Assembly (NCBI GenBank): GCA_002794465.1
Contig: MTSL01000123.1
Location: 1-13,029, forward strand
Length of the DNA stretch: 13,029 nt
Reading direction: 5' to 3'
Source: Paramicrosporidium saccamoebae KSL3
Taxonomy: Eukaryota; Fungi; Cryptomycota
Shown here in pieces: positions 1 to 7,964 of the stretch. The notes beneath the pieces are model-generated. The model saw nothing but the letters and a program-made list of their open reading frames with translations, was not told the origin of the DNA and made no database searches. How positions within the stretch are numbered: position 1 is the stretch's first letter; each line of letters begins with the position of its first letter. A program made the translations under genes and the position numbers.

Positions 1-2
1 AT

Positions 3-173
3 ATTTTGAGAGATGCGGCGTTTGTTGCCAGCGATGTTGCACCTCTCATCGTCCTGTTCAACATTACTCGTATCCCTGCCCCATCCATGCGGATATTGTT
101 AGTGTCGTTGGTGGCCGCAATGTGGGGAGGCTATGCAATCCTTCGCATAGTATTCCCGTATCCATACAATTAA
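3..173 (+). CDS. 3' end of a gene entering from the left; hydrophobic C-terminus (possible membrane protein)
   Basis: Frame 3 is open from the window edge: ILRDAAFVASDVAPLIVLFNITRIPAPSMRILLVSLVAAMWGGYAILRIVFPYPYN, then TAA at 171-173. It has a TM-like stretch, and AATAAA lies downstream at 298-303. No family recognised. Confidence 0.45.
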   Translation: MLRDAAFVASDVAPLIVLFNITRIPAPSMRILLVSLVAAMWGGYAILRIVFPYPYN

Positions 174-297
174 ACCAAATTTTGGCATCGCACTGTAGTC
201 ATAGGTGAGCCGTAGTGTATTTCATCCAATTCTCTCAAATCTCGCCGCAACGACATGTAAATATCCAAAAAGTTTCAGTGAGAGTTATTGCACGGGA

Positions 298-311
298 AAT
301 AAATGTTTATT
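298..311. terminator. Back-to-back AATAAA polyadenylation-like signals on both strands
   Basis: AATAAA-TG-TTTATT lies between the convergent 3..173(+) gene and OGFOD1(-). Confidence 0.4.
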
Positions 312-470
312 AAACCTTAGTGATGAGAGCTGTCAAAGCAATCACCGGTACTACTAAATCTCAAACTGCGTCATTTCAAATGTTGGCCATTACAATAATT
401 GTAATGAGTGCAATTTACAATCCCCAAACACCTACATTAAATTCACGCGTATATCCATCTCTCCCCTCTT

Positions 471-550
471 CTCTTCATCTCTTCATCTCTTCATCTCTTC
501 ATCTCTTCATCTCTTCATCTCTTCACCTCTTCATCTCTTCATCTCCTCAT
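471..550. repeat. 8-bp microsatellite (CTCTTCAT)x10
   Basis: Ten tandem units, eight perfect, with variants CTCTTCAC (519-526) and CTCCTCAT (543-550). It starts 2 bp past the OGFOD1 stop on the minus strand. Confidence 0.97.
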
Positions 551-552
551 CT

Positions 553-1641
553 TTAACAAATCTCAACAATCACCGTTTCAGTGTTCAATGGAATGGTTAA
601 ATCTCGAGTGGTATATAGGAGAGTGCCAGCCTTGTGTTCATTACAATCCCGGACAAAGACAAAAATTCGGGGCATATCAGGACCGGGTTGTCGATAATCA
701 TTGCGACGGTATTGCTTCATGACTGGCCTTGATGGCCACTCCAAATTATTTTCCATTGCCATTAATTGTCGCATCCATCGCGGCTCTGATGACTCTTGAA
801 AGTAGTGAAATGACTCGTGCTTGGTAGTTATATGCACAGTATCGGGATTCCGGAAAGTTGCATAGGTTGACATTTCCATTAACAGATCGGCGCCGATTTC
901 ATTGGATGGGACACTTAAAGTCGGTGTCTCAGCGTCGTGGAACCAACCGGCCACGGAAAGCCGTTTCCGCGTGCCAAGCACCTGTGCCACCTGGTGGTGG
1001 GAGCTTTTAGAGACTTCAAAAAAGACAAGCAGATTGGGTGCAGGAACTATGGACTGTATTGCTACGTTGGTGGGTGCTGTTCTCCAGTCGGTGGGGACAA
1101 ATTGTAATGCGCCGCCATCCATTGCGGTCCATTCATCCATAAGATAAAGCACAAAGGCGACCCGTCGCGAGTCGAGACGATCGTCATGGCCCAACAGATA
1201 TTCGTCCTGTCCATAGCATTGCGATGAGAGATCCATATTGGTCCGATGCAATGCCCTCCCCACAATTTTCTCAACCGTCGGTATAAAACCCAGCAGTGCC
1301 TCTCGAAGCTCTCCCAAAACGCCGTTCAGGTCGCCGGTTTGGCTGAAACGATACAAATCCGTTTCCTTTTGTCGGTAGGTAAAGGTGGACAGCTGTTTCC
1401 TGACGACGGATGGGTCGGTGAGAAAGTTGGGCAACTTGACGACGGGATACACTTCTGACACTATTTGTGCATCCGTCTCTTTATCTGTGTAGGCACTTCG
1501 TTTCCGGAACGGTTCCTCCAGTCGAGGAGCCGCCTCCCAAATGTAAGGATTAATCATCAAATGGTAAATACAATAATCCTTTACTGTGGTATCTGTCCCA
1601 TCATAAATATGTAGGGCGAATCTATGGGAAAATTCCTTCAT
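553..1641 (-). CDS. OGFOD1: Prolyl 3-hydroxylase OGFOD1/Tpa1-like 2OG-Fe(II) oxygenase; true start may be the ATG at 1557 (MINPYIW)
   Basis: Family motifs KETDLYRFSQTGDL, YLLGHDDRLDSRRVAFVLYL (HxD), LVFFEVSKSSHHQVAQV (distal His) and RLSVAGWFH (2OG-binding Arg). Ends TAA. Confidence 0.9.
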   Translation of the reverse strand: MKEFSHRFALHIYDGTDTTVKDYCIYHLMINPYIWEAAPRLEEPFRKRSAYTDKETDAQIVSEVYPVVKLPNFLTDPSVVRKQLSTFTYRQKETDLYRFSQTGDLNGVLGELREALLGFIPTVEKIVGRALHRTNMDLSSQCYGQDEYLLGHDDRLDSRRVAFVLYLMDEWTAMDGGALQFVPTDWRTAPTNVAIQSIVPAPNLLVFFEVSKSSHHQVAQVLGTRKRLSVAGWFHDAETPTLSVPSNEIGADLLMEMSTYATFRNPDTVHITTKHESFHYFQESSEPRWMRQLMAMENNLEWPSRPVMKQYRRNDYRQPGPDMPRIFVFVRDCNEHKAGTLLYTTRDLTIPLNTETVIVEIC

Positions 1642-1753
1642 CTGATCATGCTCTAAATGAAGATTATCATCCCCTGGGCTTGAATTGGGTCACCACTTGC
1701 CGCATGCGTGTAGGGTGGCTGTTATCGAGTCAATCTGCAATTTGGTCATACCA

Positions 1754-2920
1754 TCAATATATAGTCTCAACCTCATAGCAACAACTATCCGCACTGCTAA
1801 ACACCAAAATGGAATGAGGCAAAGGAACAATCGACTGCCGTGGGCGACTTTTCATGACGATCAGGATAGGGAATGTTCACAAAGACTTGCAGACGAGATT
1901 TGAGCAACTCCATGTCTAAGCCCAGGGACCAAGCGTAGAGAATCAGCTGGCCGGGTGGACAACATCCCGACGCTGCGTCTACTTGGAGGAGAAAGAGGGT
2001 GGGCTTGGTGTCGCTGGGCGGGTCAATCCAGAAATTACATCCATTGTCGCCAAACAATCCCCCGTCAGATAGGATCAATGTTGCCCGCGTATATTTTGGG
2101 GTAACCGGTGGAGATTCAATAATCCTTGTGACGGGCACACTCCAAGCAACACCATCAAAGGACCCCTTTACGGAATCCCCTCCCAATACCAAATCGCACT
2201 GATTGAGCATTTGCACTGCACCCTTAAGGGCCGAGGCTCGACAGATTGCCTGCACAAGGGAACTCGATCCTCCATATGGATAGAGGAGTGCCGTTTTGCC
2301 GCCAAACCGCTGCAAACCGTTGCTGTATCGTTGCACGCTGTCCTTTACATTTCCCACGTCGTGAATGCCTTCCAAACCGCAAACGCCGTAACGGATGAGA
2401 TTGGCAACTTGGGTACTCACTCCCTCCAAACTGCCGCCATTGCTAATGGCCTTCATGATTTGTCGCTTCTCCAAGAGAGAAAATTGGGGGTCAAGCATTA
2501 CTTCCTCCTTACTCCTTGGAAGAATGCGAGGCAGCGAGTTGGAAATGATACCGTGGCTATCTACAGGACGGAATTCCACATATCCCGATAATTTGCGTTC
2601 CAGCAGAGTGTTGGCCACAATAGAATCGGCTCCCACCACCACTGGATGCATGTCAAGCAGAAACCGTCGGTCGTTTTCAAAGGCGTCGCTCTTGTACACT
2701 TCGCCCTTGACTATGGTGAGGTAATCTTCAATGCGGACGGTGCATTCGTATAGGCCGCCGTACCAACGCAACCGCTCTATGTGCAACACCTTTTTGTCCT
2801 TTTCAGTCTCATCCCTACATGTTATGGCCATTAAAATGCCAGATACAGTGCAAGCAAACAGGCATCATATGTGGTGCCTATAATGGCCACGTCAAAGGAC
2901 TCTTCTGGTCCAAATACCAT
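1754..2920 (-). CDS. MRS6: Rab escort protein (REP/Mrs6, GDI/CHM family); exons 2920-2847, 2814-1881, 1834-1754 (~362 aa)
   Basis: FDVAIIGT...KKVLHIERLRWYGG is restored by a 32-nt intron (2846-2815, GTATCT...ATAACATGTAG). Other motifs: RRFLLDM, YVEF, PRSKEEV, SLLEKRQIMK, LLYPYGG, AICRASALKGA. The probable 46-nt intron 2 (1880-1835, GTGAAC...GCCCACGGCAG) gives the C-terminus PLPHSILVFSSAD...EVETIY-TGA, resembling the REP DLPSNVYVCSGPD...AETLF end. Intron 2 is less certain. Confidence 0.82.
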
Positions 2921-2981
2921 ATTTACAATTAAATCAGAATAGCGTTTTAGTCTCGCAACCAGGGAATCAATAAAGCGCCTA

Positions 2982-3131
2982 TTAAACAGCATCCGCTTGC
3001 CAGTGATGCGTCTGACCCAGATAGCGGTTCCACAGTCTAACTTGGTCATATTAAGAATGGCTACCTATATGCCACATATTCTAGTAAAAGTAGTTTGCTT
3101 ATCAGCAGGGTCTGTTAAACAGCATCCGCTT
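2982..3131. repeat. 17-bp exact direct repeat TTAAACAGCATCCGCTT (2982-2998 and 3115-3131)
   Basis: Two identical copies 133 bp apart in the intergenic DNA upstream of the REP gene. Confidence 0.9.
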
Positions 3132-3667
3132 ATTATTGATAAAATTACTTTTACTATTCAACAGGGCCTTTAATTGTGGCCATGTCGACATTTGCGGAAT
3201 GTGAGAAATTTCGCAATTCGTGTGCCGTGTATCTCGACTTGTTCCACAACTGTTCATGTATGGGAGGATTAATGACTGATTTTTAGCCATCAAGGGACGT
3301 ACCCGCGAGTATTATCGCAACGGAACCGTACTGGCGGAAAGTGTGCCCATGACGTAGGTGCGCTCGTGTACAGAGTATTGGAACGACTTTTGGTTCTGCA
3401 TCAGGCTCAAATACGTCGACGAGTCCAAGGCTCATGTAGCACTATCCTTGCCGGCCGCTAATGATACCATAGGAATTGTACAAGGCACGGATGAGGGCGG
3501 ATGGCTCCATCAATAGTGCCAAAGCATTGGCCCTCACACCGGTGGAGGCGGGCATCTGGACGCTCCGATCTGCTGAGCGTGCAAGTTAGAAGGAAACTCG
3601 AGTTTTAGTGGGGTCTGGAGCAGGGACATTTGGACCATTAGATACTAACTCTTGCAATATCATTTAT

Positions 3668-4015
3668 TTATCGGCCATGTGTATCAACTACCTCCATGAG
3701 AGTCTTTACATTCGGACCCATTACTTCGCCGAACGTGGCTGCCGGAGAAGCGCCTTTGATCTGAAAATACCATTCAATGCGATTATCGGCCAGCGTGCCC
3801 ACATAGTGCTGTACACCCGGTTCTTCGGTCAATTTTCCAGAAACGACGGTGGCATCAAGGGGGCTGCTATAGGATGCCTTCCGTACATCGGCAGCAGGCG
3901 CCTTCAGACGGGCTTGCACAGTGATGCCAGATTTCTTGAGATTGTCTACAAGCTCATCAGCCTGGACCGATGCAACTAATGAGACTGCGAGCAGTGCGGC
4001 ACTGGAAAACTTCAT
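3668..4015 (-). CDS. Secreted orphan protein (first exon at least; further exons toward ~3283-3310 likely but unresolved)
   Basis: Classic signal peptide MKFSSAALLAVSLVASVQA, a coding-like frame, and a possible donor GAG|GTAGTT near the ORF end. Coding-like frames continue downstream, but I could not join them unambiguously. Confidence 0.7.
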   Translation of the reverse strand: MKFSSAALLAVSLVASVQADELVDNLKKSGITVQARLKAPAADVRKASYSSPLDATVVSGKLTEEPGVQHYVGTLADNRIEWYFQIKGASPAATFGEVMGPNVKTLMEVVDTHGR

Positions 4016-4064
4016 GCTGTCCTCAATTGAGCCGTGGCACCTATAAGCACAGGCCAGCCATGTT

Positions 4065-4112
4065 CCAATTGGTAATTGCCTTTACCAATCAGAATGATCA
4101 GCGATCACCAAT
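4065..4112. promoter_or_regulatory. Cluster of three CCAAT boxes upstream of the secreted gene
   Basis: CCAATTGG at 4065-4072, CCAAT at 4085-4089 and CCAAT at 4108-4112, spaced about 20-23 bp, 50-100 bp upstream of the ATG at 4015. Confidence 0.4.
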
Positions 4113-4164
4113 TAGACTCGGCGAAATTTACTAATCAAAGTTGGTAGGATTTATTAACTAGCAT

Positions 4165-4329
4165 CCACTATTGTGAGAGTCCATCGTTGCTAGGGGCGGG
4201 ATTCCATCATTGTGGGTGTTTATATTTGTCAATAATGGAGTTCATCATCACCACTAGTGAGAATTCATCGTTGCCACTGGGGGATCTATCATTGATACTA
4301 GTGACAATCCATCCGTGGTGTTAACGATG
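4165..4329. repeat. Degenerate intergenic direct repeats built on a CATCRTTG-like core
   Basis: CCACTATTGTGAGAGTCCATCGTTGC (4165-4190) resembles CCACTAGTGAGAATTCATCGTTGC (4251-4274) and ACTAGTGACAATCCATC (4297-4313). Core-like copies occur at 4181, 4204, 4265, 4286 and 4309, with an inverted copy AACGATG at 4323. Confidence 0.65.
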
Positions 4330-4344
4330 CAAGGCAGGGTACGT

Positions 4345-5039
4345 TTAGTGTACCAATTTACAATGAAAAGCATCTTCAAAGCACGATAGCAGATTTTTCT
4401 CAGTTTCCGACATTAAATTTGCAGCATGATTCCGGATTTCGTTGGCAATCGAGGTCACCCTTATAGAGGAATCCCCACAGGGAATAATATGGTTGAAATA
4501 CGACAAGTCGGTGGTGACATTTAACGAAATGCCATGCAAAGTAACCCATCGGGAATTTTGGAACCCTAACCATCAATCATCCCGCATTGGTACCAATGAA
4601 GCCAATCTTTTTGTCGTTTACCCAGACGCCAACCGACTCTCGACATGTCGCTGATAGACCCGCCAAGCGACAAGTATCGATGAGAACCCGTTCAAGGGCA
4701 TTGACGTACCAACGGAGACTGGGATTGAAGCGCCGTAGGTCAAGAATGGGATACAGGACAATCTGACCTGGCCCATGATATGTAATCTGTCCGCCACGCA
4801 TAACCTACAGTCAGACAATAGTGGGAGGGCAGCACGTCAAAGACGGGAGCATTATTCAGGATGGGAGTTTGGCTCGCGAAGCCGGCAGACCGACGACCAG
4901 CAGTGTATACGGGCAAATGCTGCAGCATGAGCACCGAATCTGTGGCCTCGTCACGACATTTCTGCATCAAGACTGATTGATATTTTAGGCCCTCTGCATA
5001 TGGAATTAGGCCGGGAAGTCTCACTAGACGCAGAGACAT
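4345..5039 (-). CDS. LIPT2: Mitochondrial lipoyl(octanoyl)transferase LipB/LIP2; exons 5039-4836, 4804-4594, 4565-4345 (211 aa)
   Basis: Motifs [58 protein letters not shown] and IIPCG (catalytic Lys/Cys). Two introns restore the frame: 31 nt (4835-4805, GTGCTG...CTGACTGTAG) and 28 nt (4593-4566, GTACCA...TTGATGGTTAG). Ends TAA. Confidence 0.95.
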
Positions 5040-5086
5040 GAAATAGCAAATTATGCTTTAATCCGTCGATTACAACACACCATCCA

Positions 5087-5602
5087 TTAGTCCTTGCGAG
5101 GACCCTTGACAATCATAACGGGACAGTGGCAATGGTGCACGCAATAGTCGCTGGTGCTGCCAATAAAGGTTCTCTTCAATGTGCTCAGGTCGCGACTGCC
5201 CAGAATTAACAGGCCGGCCTTGACGCTCTCCACATAGTCGACAATTTCGTCGCGCGTCTCGCCACGGCCCACCACCATTTCACATTGCATTTTGTTCTAC
5301 CATCAGTATGAGAGGAGGAGGGGTACGCCGAAATGCGACTCGAGCTGAGATTGGTAGTCGCGGACTAGCTTGGTGGCGTCCTCCTGGGCCTGTTTGTAGA
5401 CCTCATCAATGAAGGCTGGACTGTACATTGCGGCTGAGGCGGCATAATAATAGCCGGCCTGGATGGGCGGCTCCACCACTGTCAAGAGGGTTACTTTGTG
5501 CGTGTCGACATTTAAAAAGTTCTTTAACGCCCACTCAAAGGCGTATTTGGAGTGCTCTGAGGAGTTGAGGGAGAGTACTACGTGAACCTTTTGCTCCGCC
5601 AT
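5087..5602 (-). CDS. Universal stress protein (UspA-like); exons 5602-5327, 5296-5087 (161 aa)
   Basis: Motifs VVLSLNSSEHSKYAFEWAL, VTLLTVV and LLILGSRDLSTLKRTFIGSTSDYCVHHCHCPVMIVK. One 30-nt phase-0 intron (5326-5297, GTACCC...CTGATGGTAG). Ends TAA. Confidence 0.93.
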
Positions 5603-5751
5603 GATGGTGATAGGTTTAGTTAAATTGTCTTTGTGAGGTTTGTAAGTCTGTGACCAATCTCCGTGGGACTACAAGCCCGTGTTTGAGTAGTGGTGGTTTC
5701 TAAATATATGAATGTGCCTCACTTGACATTTATCTAAGATGTCTCGCTAAT

Positions 5752-6423
5752 TTACTCTCCAAAGCCATCATCATCGTCATAGTCGTCAAAAGCATCGTAT
5801 TTTCCCGATCCCTTTGTGGCCTTTAGAGAGGGCGGCGGCTTGGCCTTTGTGGCTGCCTGCTTCTCCTTTAGCTTCTGACTCGCCATGTCGGTAAGCACAC
5901 CGGCAACCTTTCGAATCTCTGGAACGTCGCGTCGACTCATCAGAGTGTGGATGAGACCCTCGAGAAATTGGGGATAGTTCTTGCTGGCCTCAAACGTCTC
6001 AAGACGCTTGGTGATGAGACGTGTGAACTGGTCGAATTCCGGGACGGTTGTGGGCGTCATTGTGTCAAAGGGAGACTGTGCAATGGACGTTGTTGGCGCA
6101 GAATCGGCCGTCTTTTCGGGGGCTGAGATGCCAAACAGACTCATGGCATGCTCCAAATCCTTTTCTCGGATAAGCCTTTCCAGGCGCGCCTTTTTCTCAT
6201 GTTCCGTCTCGTTTGCAGGCACGTCGCTCACATAGGATTCAGCGGGCTTTGCTTTGGGTTTTTTCGGGACCTTGGCAGTCTCGACCACGACGGGCTCCTC
6301 CTCCGCGTCCCATGCGTCTGCTACATCTTCTTCGTCGTCCCAAGTGTCCTTGACAACGGCCAAGTCACGTCCATCATCTAAAGTTATATTGGCACAAGAG
6401 GGCCTACCCCATTCATCGCCCAT
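5752..6423 (-). CDS. EIF3J: Translation initiation factor eIF3 subunit J (Hcr1-like); exons 6423-6408, 6377-5752
   Basis: Acidic W-D-D N-terminus (DTWDDEEDVADAWDAEEE), EKKARLERLIREKDLEHAMSLFG, and helical C-domain YPQFLEGLI...EIRKVAGVLTDMASQKLKEKQ, ending YDAFDDYDDDDGFGE. A 30-nt in-frame intron at 6407-6378 (GTAGGC...ATAACTTTAG) gives MGDEWDDG. Ends TAA. Confidence 0.92.
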   Translation of the reverse strand: MGDEWGRPSCANITLDDGRDLAVVKDTWDDEEDVADAWDAEEEPVVVETAKVPKKPKAKPAESYVSDVPANETEHEKKARLERLIREKDLEHAMSLFGISAPEKTADSAPTTSIAQSPFDTMTPTTVPEFDQFTRLITKRLETFEASKNYPQFLEGLIHTLMSRRDVPEIRKVAGVLTDMASQKLKEKQAATKAKPPPSLKATKGSGKYDAFDDYDDDDGFGE

Positions 6424-6699
6424 GACGTAAGAAGTCTACACCCCCGTCTGGAGTCCAATAGCGGTGGGTGCTGGCGGAGGGCGTGGTGAATACTGGCATA
6501 TGCTTTGTACACGTCGTATAATACACGGTTGACTTTAATGCCAGTCTCTTTGACAGACTATTAAGAGTGTTATGTCTATTAGAAGAAAAGTAGGCTACTC
6601 TCAATCCCAACCCAAAGGCCCTTGATTGGTAGCCCTGCTGTATTAGAAAAGTTGCGCTATTAGATGGGCATTAGTGGGTTTTTACTCAGGAGGGCCAAG

Positions 6700-6706
6700 T
6701 ATAAAT
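6700..6706 (+). promoter_or_regulatory. TATA-box candidate TATAAAT for the 6825 gene
   Basis: Same heptamer as upstream of the two paralogs at 8511 and 9520, 125 bp upstream of the ATG. Confidence 0.35.
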
Positions 6707-6824
6707 GACAGACCTCGCTGAGGGTATGGCAAACAGCTGACTATCAATGGGGGCTTTCCTAGTCAGATTATATCCAAATTTGGCAAATTAAATATTTCAA
6801 AAGACAAATTACTCGTATTCCGAC

Positions 6825-7901
6825 ATGATGCAACCCACTACAGAGATTTTGGTGACATTTTTGTTGCTGCTTGGATATGTTCAGACCTCTTTGGTGGGGC
6901 AGTCATCTGATACTGATTCTGGCGATGCCGCCGAGACGCTGGAAGAACAGCTCATAAGATACAAGGTTATAAGAGCACCGACCTTGCATCCCGGTTTCAA
7001 GAGCTCCAATATTAAAAGGAAAACACTCAAAGTAGCTAAGAAGCCAGCATCACTTGATAGTGAAGACGCTATACACTATTCACAAAGAATAAGGGATCCA
7101 GAATTGCGCCTTGTTGGCAGTTCTGAATCCGAGTCCAGCTGGGTGTTACTCAGTGAATCAACTGCCGCGCATGAAGCGACTCTTCTCGATGCAAATAAAG
7201 CACCGAGTACCACGCCTGTAACAGTGGTTACAGAGACTACGAATATCGCGAATGTTGCAAATCTCACGGATGGTATCCCATGTCTGAATTTGCAGCGTGT
7301 TGACTCTTCTGATCAAGGATTTGCTCATATAGAGACCAAGGTTAAACAGCCAGTTCCACCGGAACAGCTGACCCAAGAAAAGGTCGATCTAGTGCAGCCA
7401 GCTGATCACCAAACAAGGGATGCTTTGAGCAATCTTGCCCTCCCTTTTAAAGAAAAGGACTACTCGAGTTCCGAAGAATCAAGCATCAGCGAGCCTGTAG
7501 AGGCAGAGGAACCAAGAGAGCCAAGCCCAACAATTTCTCCAAAGAAAAGGTTTATCGATCTGATGGCGTCGCCTTTATATTCTCCGAGAAAGACGTCTGA
7601 GGAGCTTATTCTCCCCAAATTAGTGTATCTAGGATTCTCCGTCCACGATGAAATGCCGAGCAGAGTGACTCTTGGGCCTGCACCGTATGATTCTGCAGAG
7701 GGAGAAAGCTACGTTTTCTTTGGGTCCGTAAACTCTTCCGATTAGCATTATTTAGACTACGATAAGATAAATCAAACCGGTTTAGTTAGGAGTGTGTACA
7801 GAAAGCCAAGAGTCGGTTACATAAGAGTAGTGTCTAGGATCGAATTTCGTGCGAGGGACAATTTGGTCTTTTTGAAAGTGAATGTTACTATTCAATCATA
7901 G
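6825..7901 (+). CDS. Secreted/signal-anchored protein with a low-complexity S/E/P-rich body and a C-terminal discoidin (F5/8 type C, galactose-binding-like) domain interrupted by an in-frame TAG at 7743-7745
   Basis: N-terminal hydrophobic segment EILVTFLLLLGYVQT. After the TAG the same frame stays open for 51 codons (HYLDYDKINQTGLVRSVYRKPRVGYIRVVSRIEFRARDNLVFLKVNVTIQS, TAG 7899-7901, then CCC TTC TGA to 7910). YVFFGSVNSSD*HYL and YRKPRVGYIRVV match the discoidin-like patterns F-x-x-x-GS-x-D-x-x-x-W-x-x-L and F-x-x-P-x-x-x-R-Y-I-R. The domain call is from remembered consensus, not a search. Confidence 0.7.
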
Positions 7902-7964
7902 CCCTTCTGAAGCAAAGTCCATAAGATTAGCGTCGCGGTCCCAAATGCAATTTAGAAGGCACGG

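Noticed and set aside
320-556. 78-aa plus-strand ORF with SSLHLFIS repeats
   Set aside because: It is a by-product of the 8-bp microsatellite, lies in the OGFOD1 3' region, and shows no coding signature.
1641-1800. Possible REP-OGFOD1 fusion via a long open frame, a single TGA (1692-1690) and a GC-AG intron
   Set aside because: It needs two weak splice events, and a different frame gives a better REP C-terminus ending at TGA 1754.
902-2724. Plus-strand and alternative-frame ORFs overlapping OGFOD1 and REP (and similar shadows over LipB, eIF3j and the ankyrin gene)
   Set aside because: They are antisense or shifted shadows of well-supported genes, with no motifs.
4345-5602. Bacterial lipB-uspA operon or contamination
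   Set aside because: Both genes contain spliceosomal introns and sit among eukaryote-specific genes (eIF3j, REP).
553-6423. UAR=Gln code as in Amoeboaphelidium protococcarum
   Set aside because: TAA clearly terminates OGFOD1, LipB, USP and eIF3j, and the informative TAGs align with Trp rather than Gln.
6413-6610. 65-aa minus ORF upstream of eIF3j
   Set aside because: It has a non-ATG start, overlaps the divergent promoter region, and has no recognisable features.
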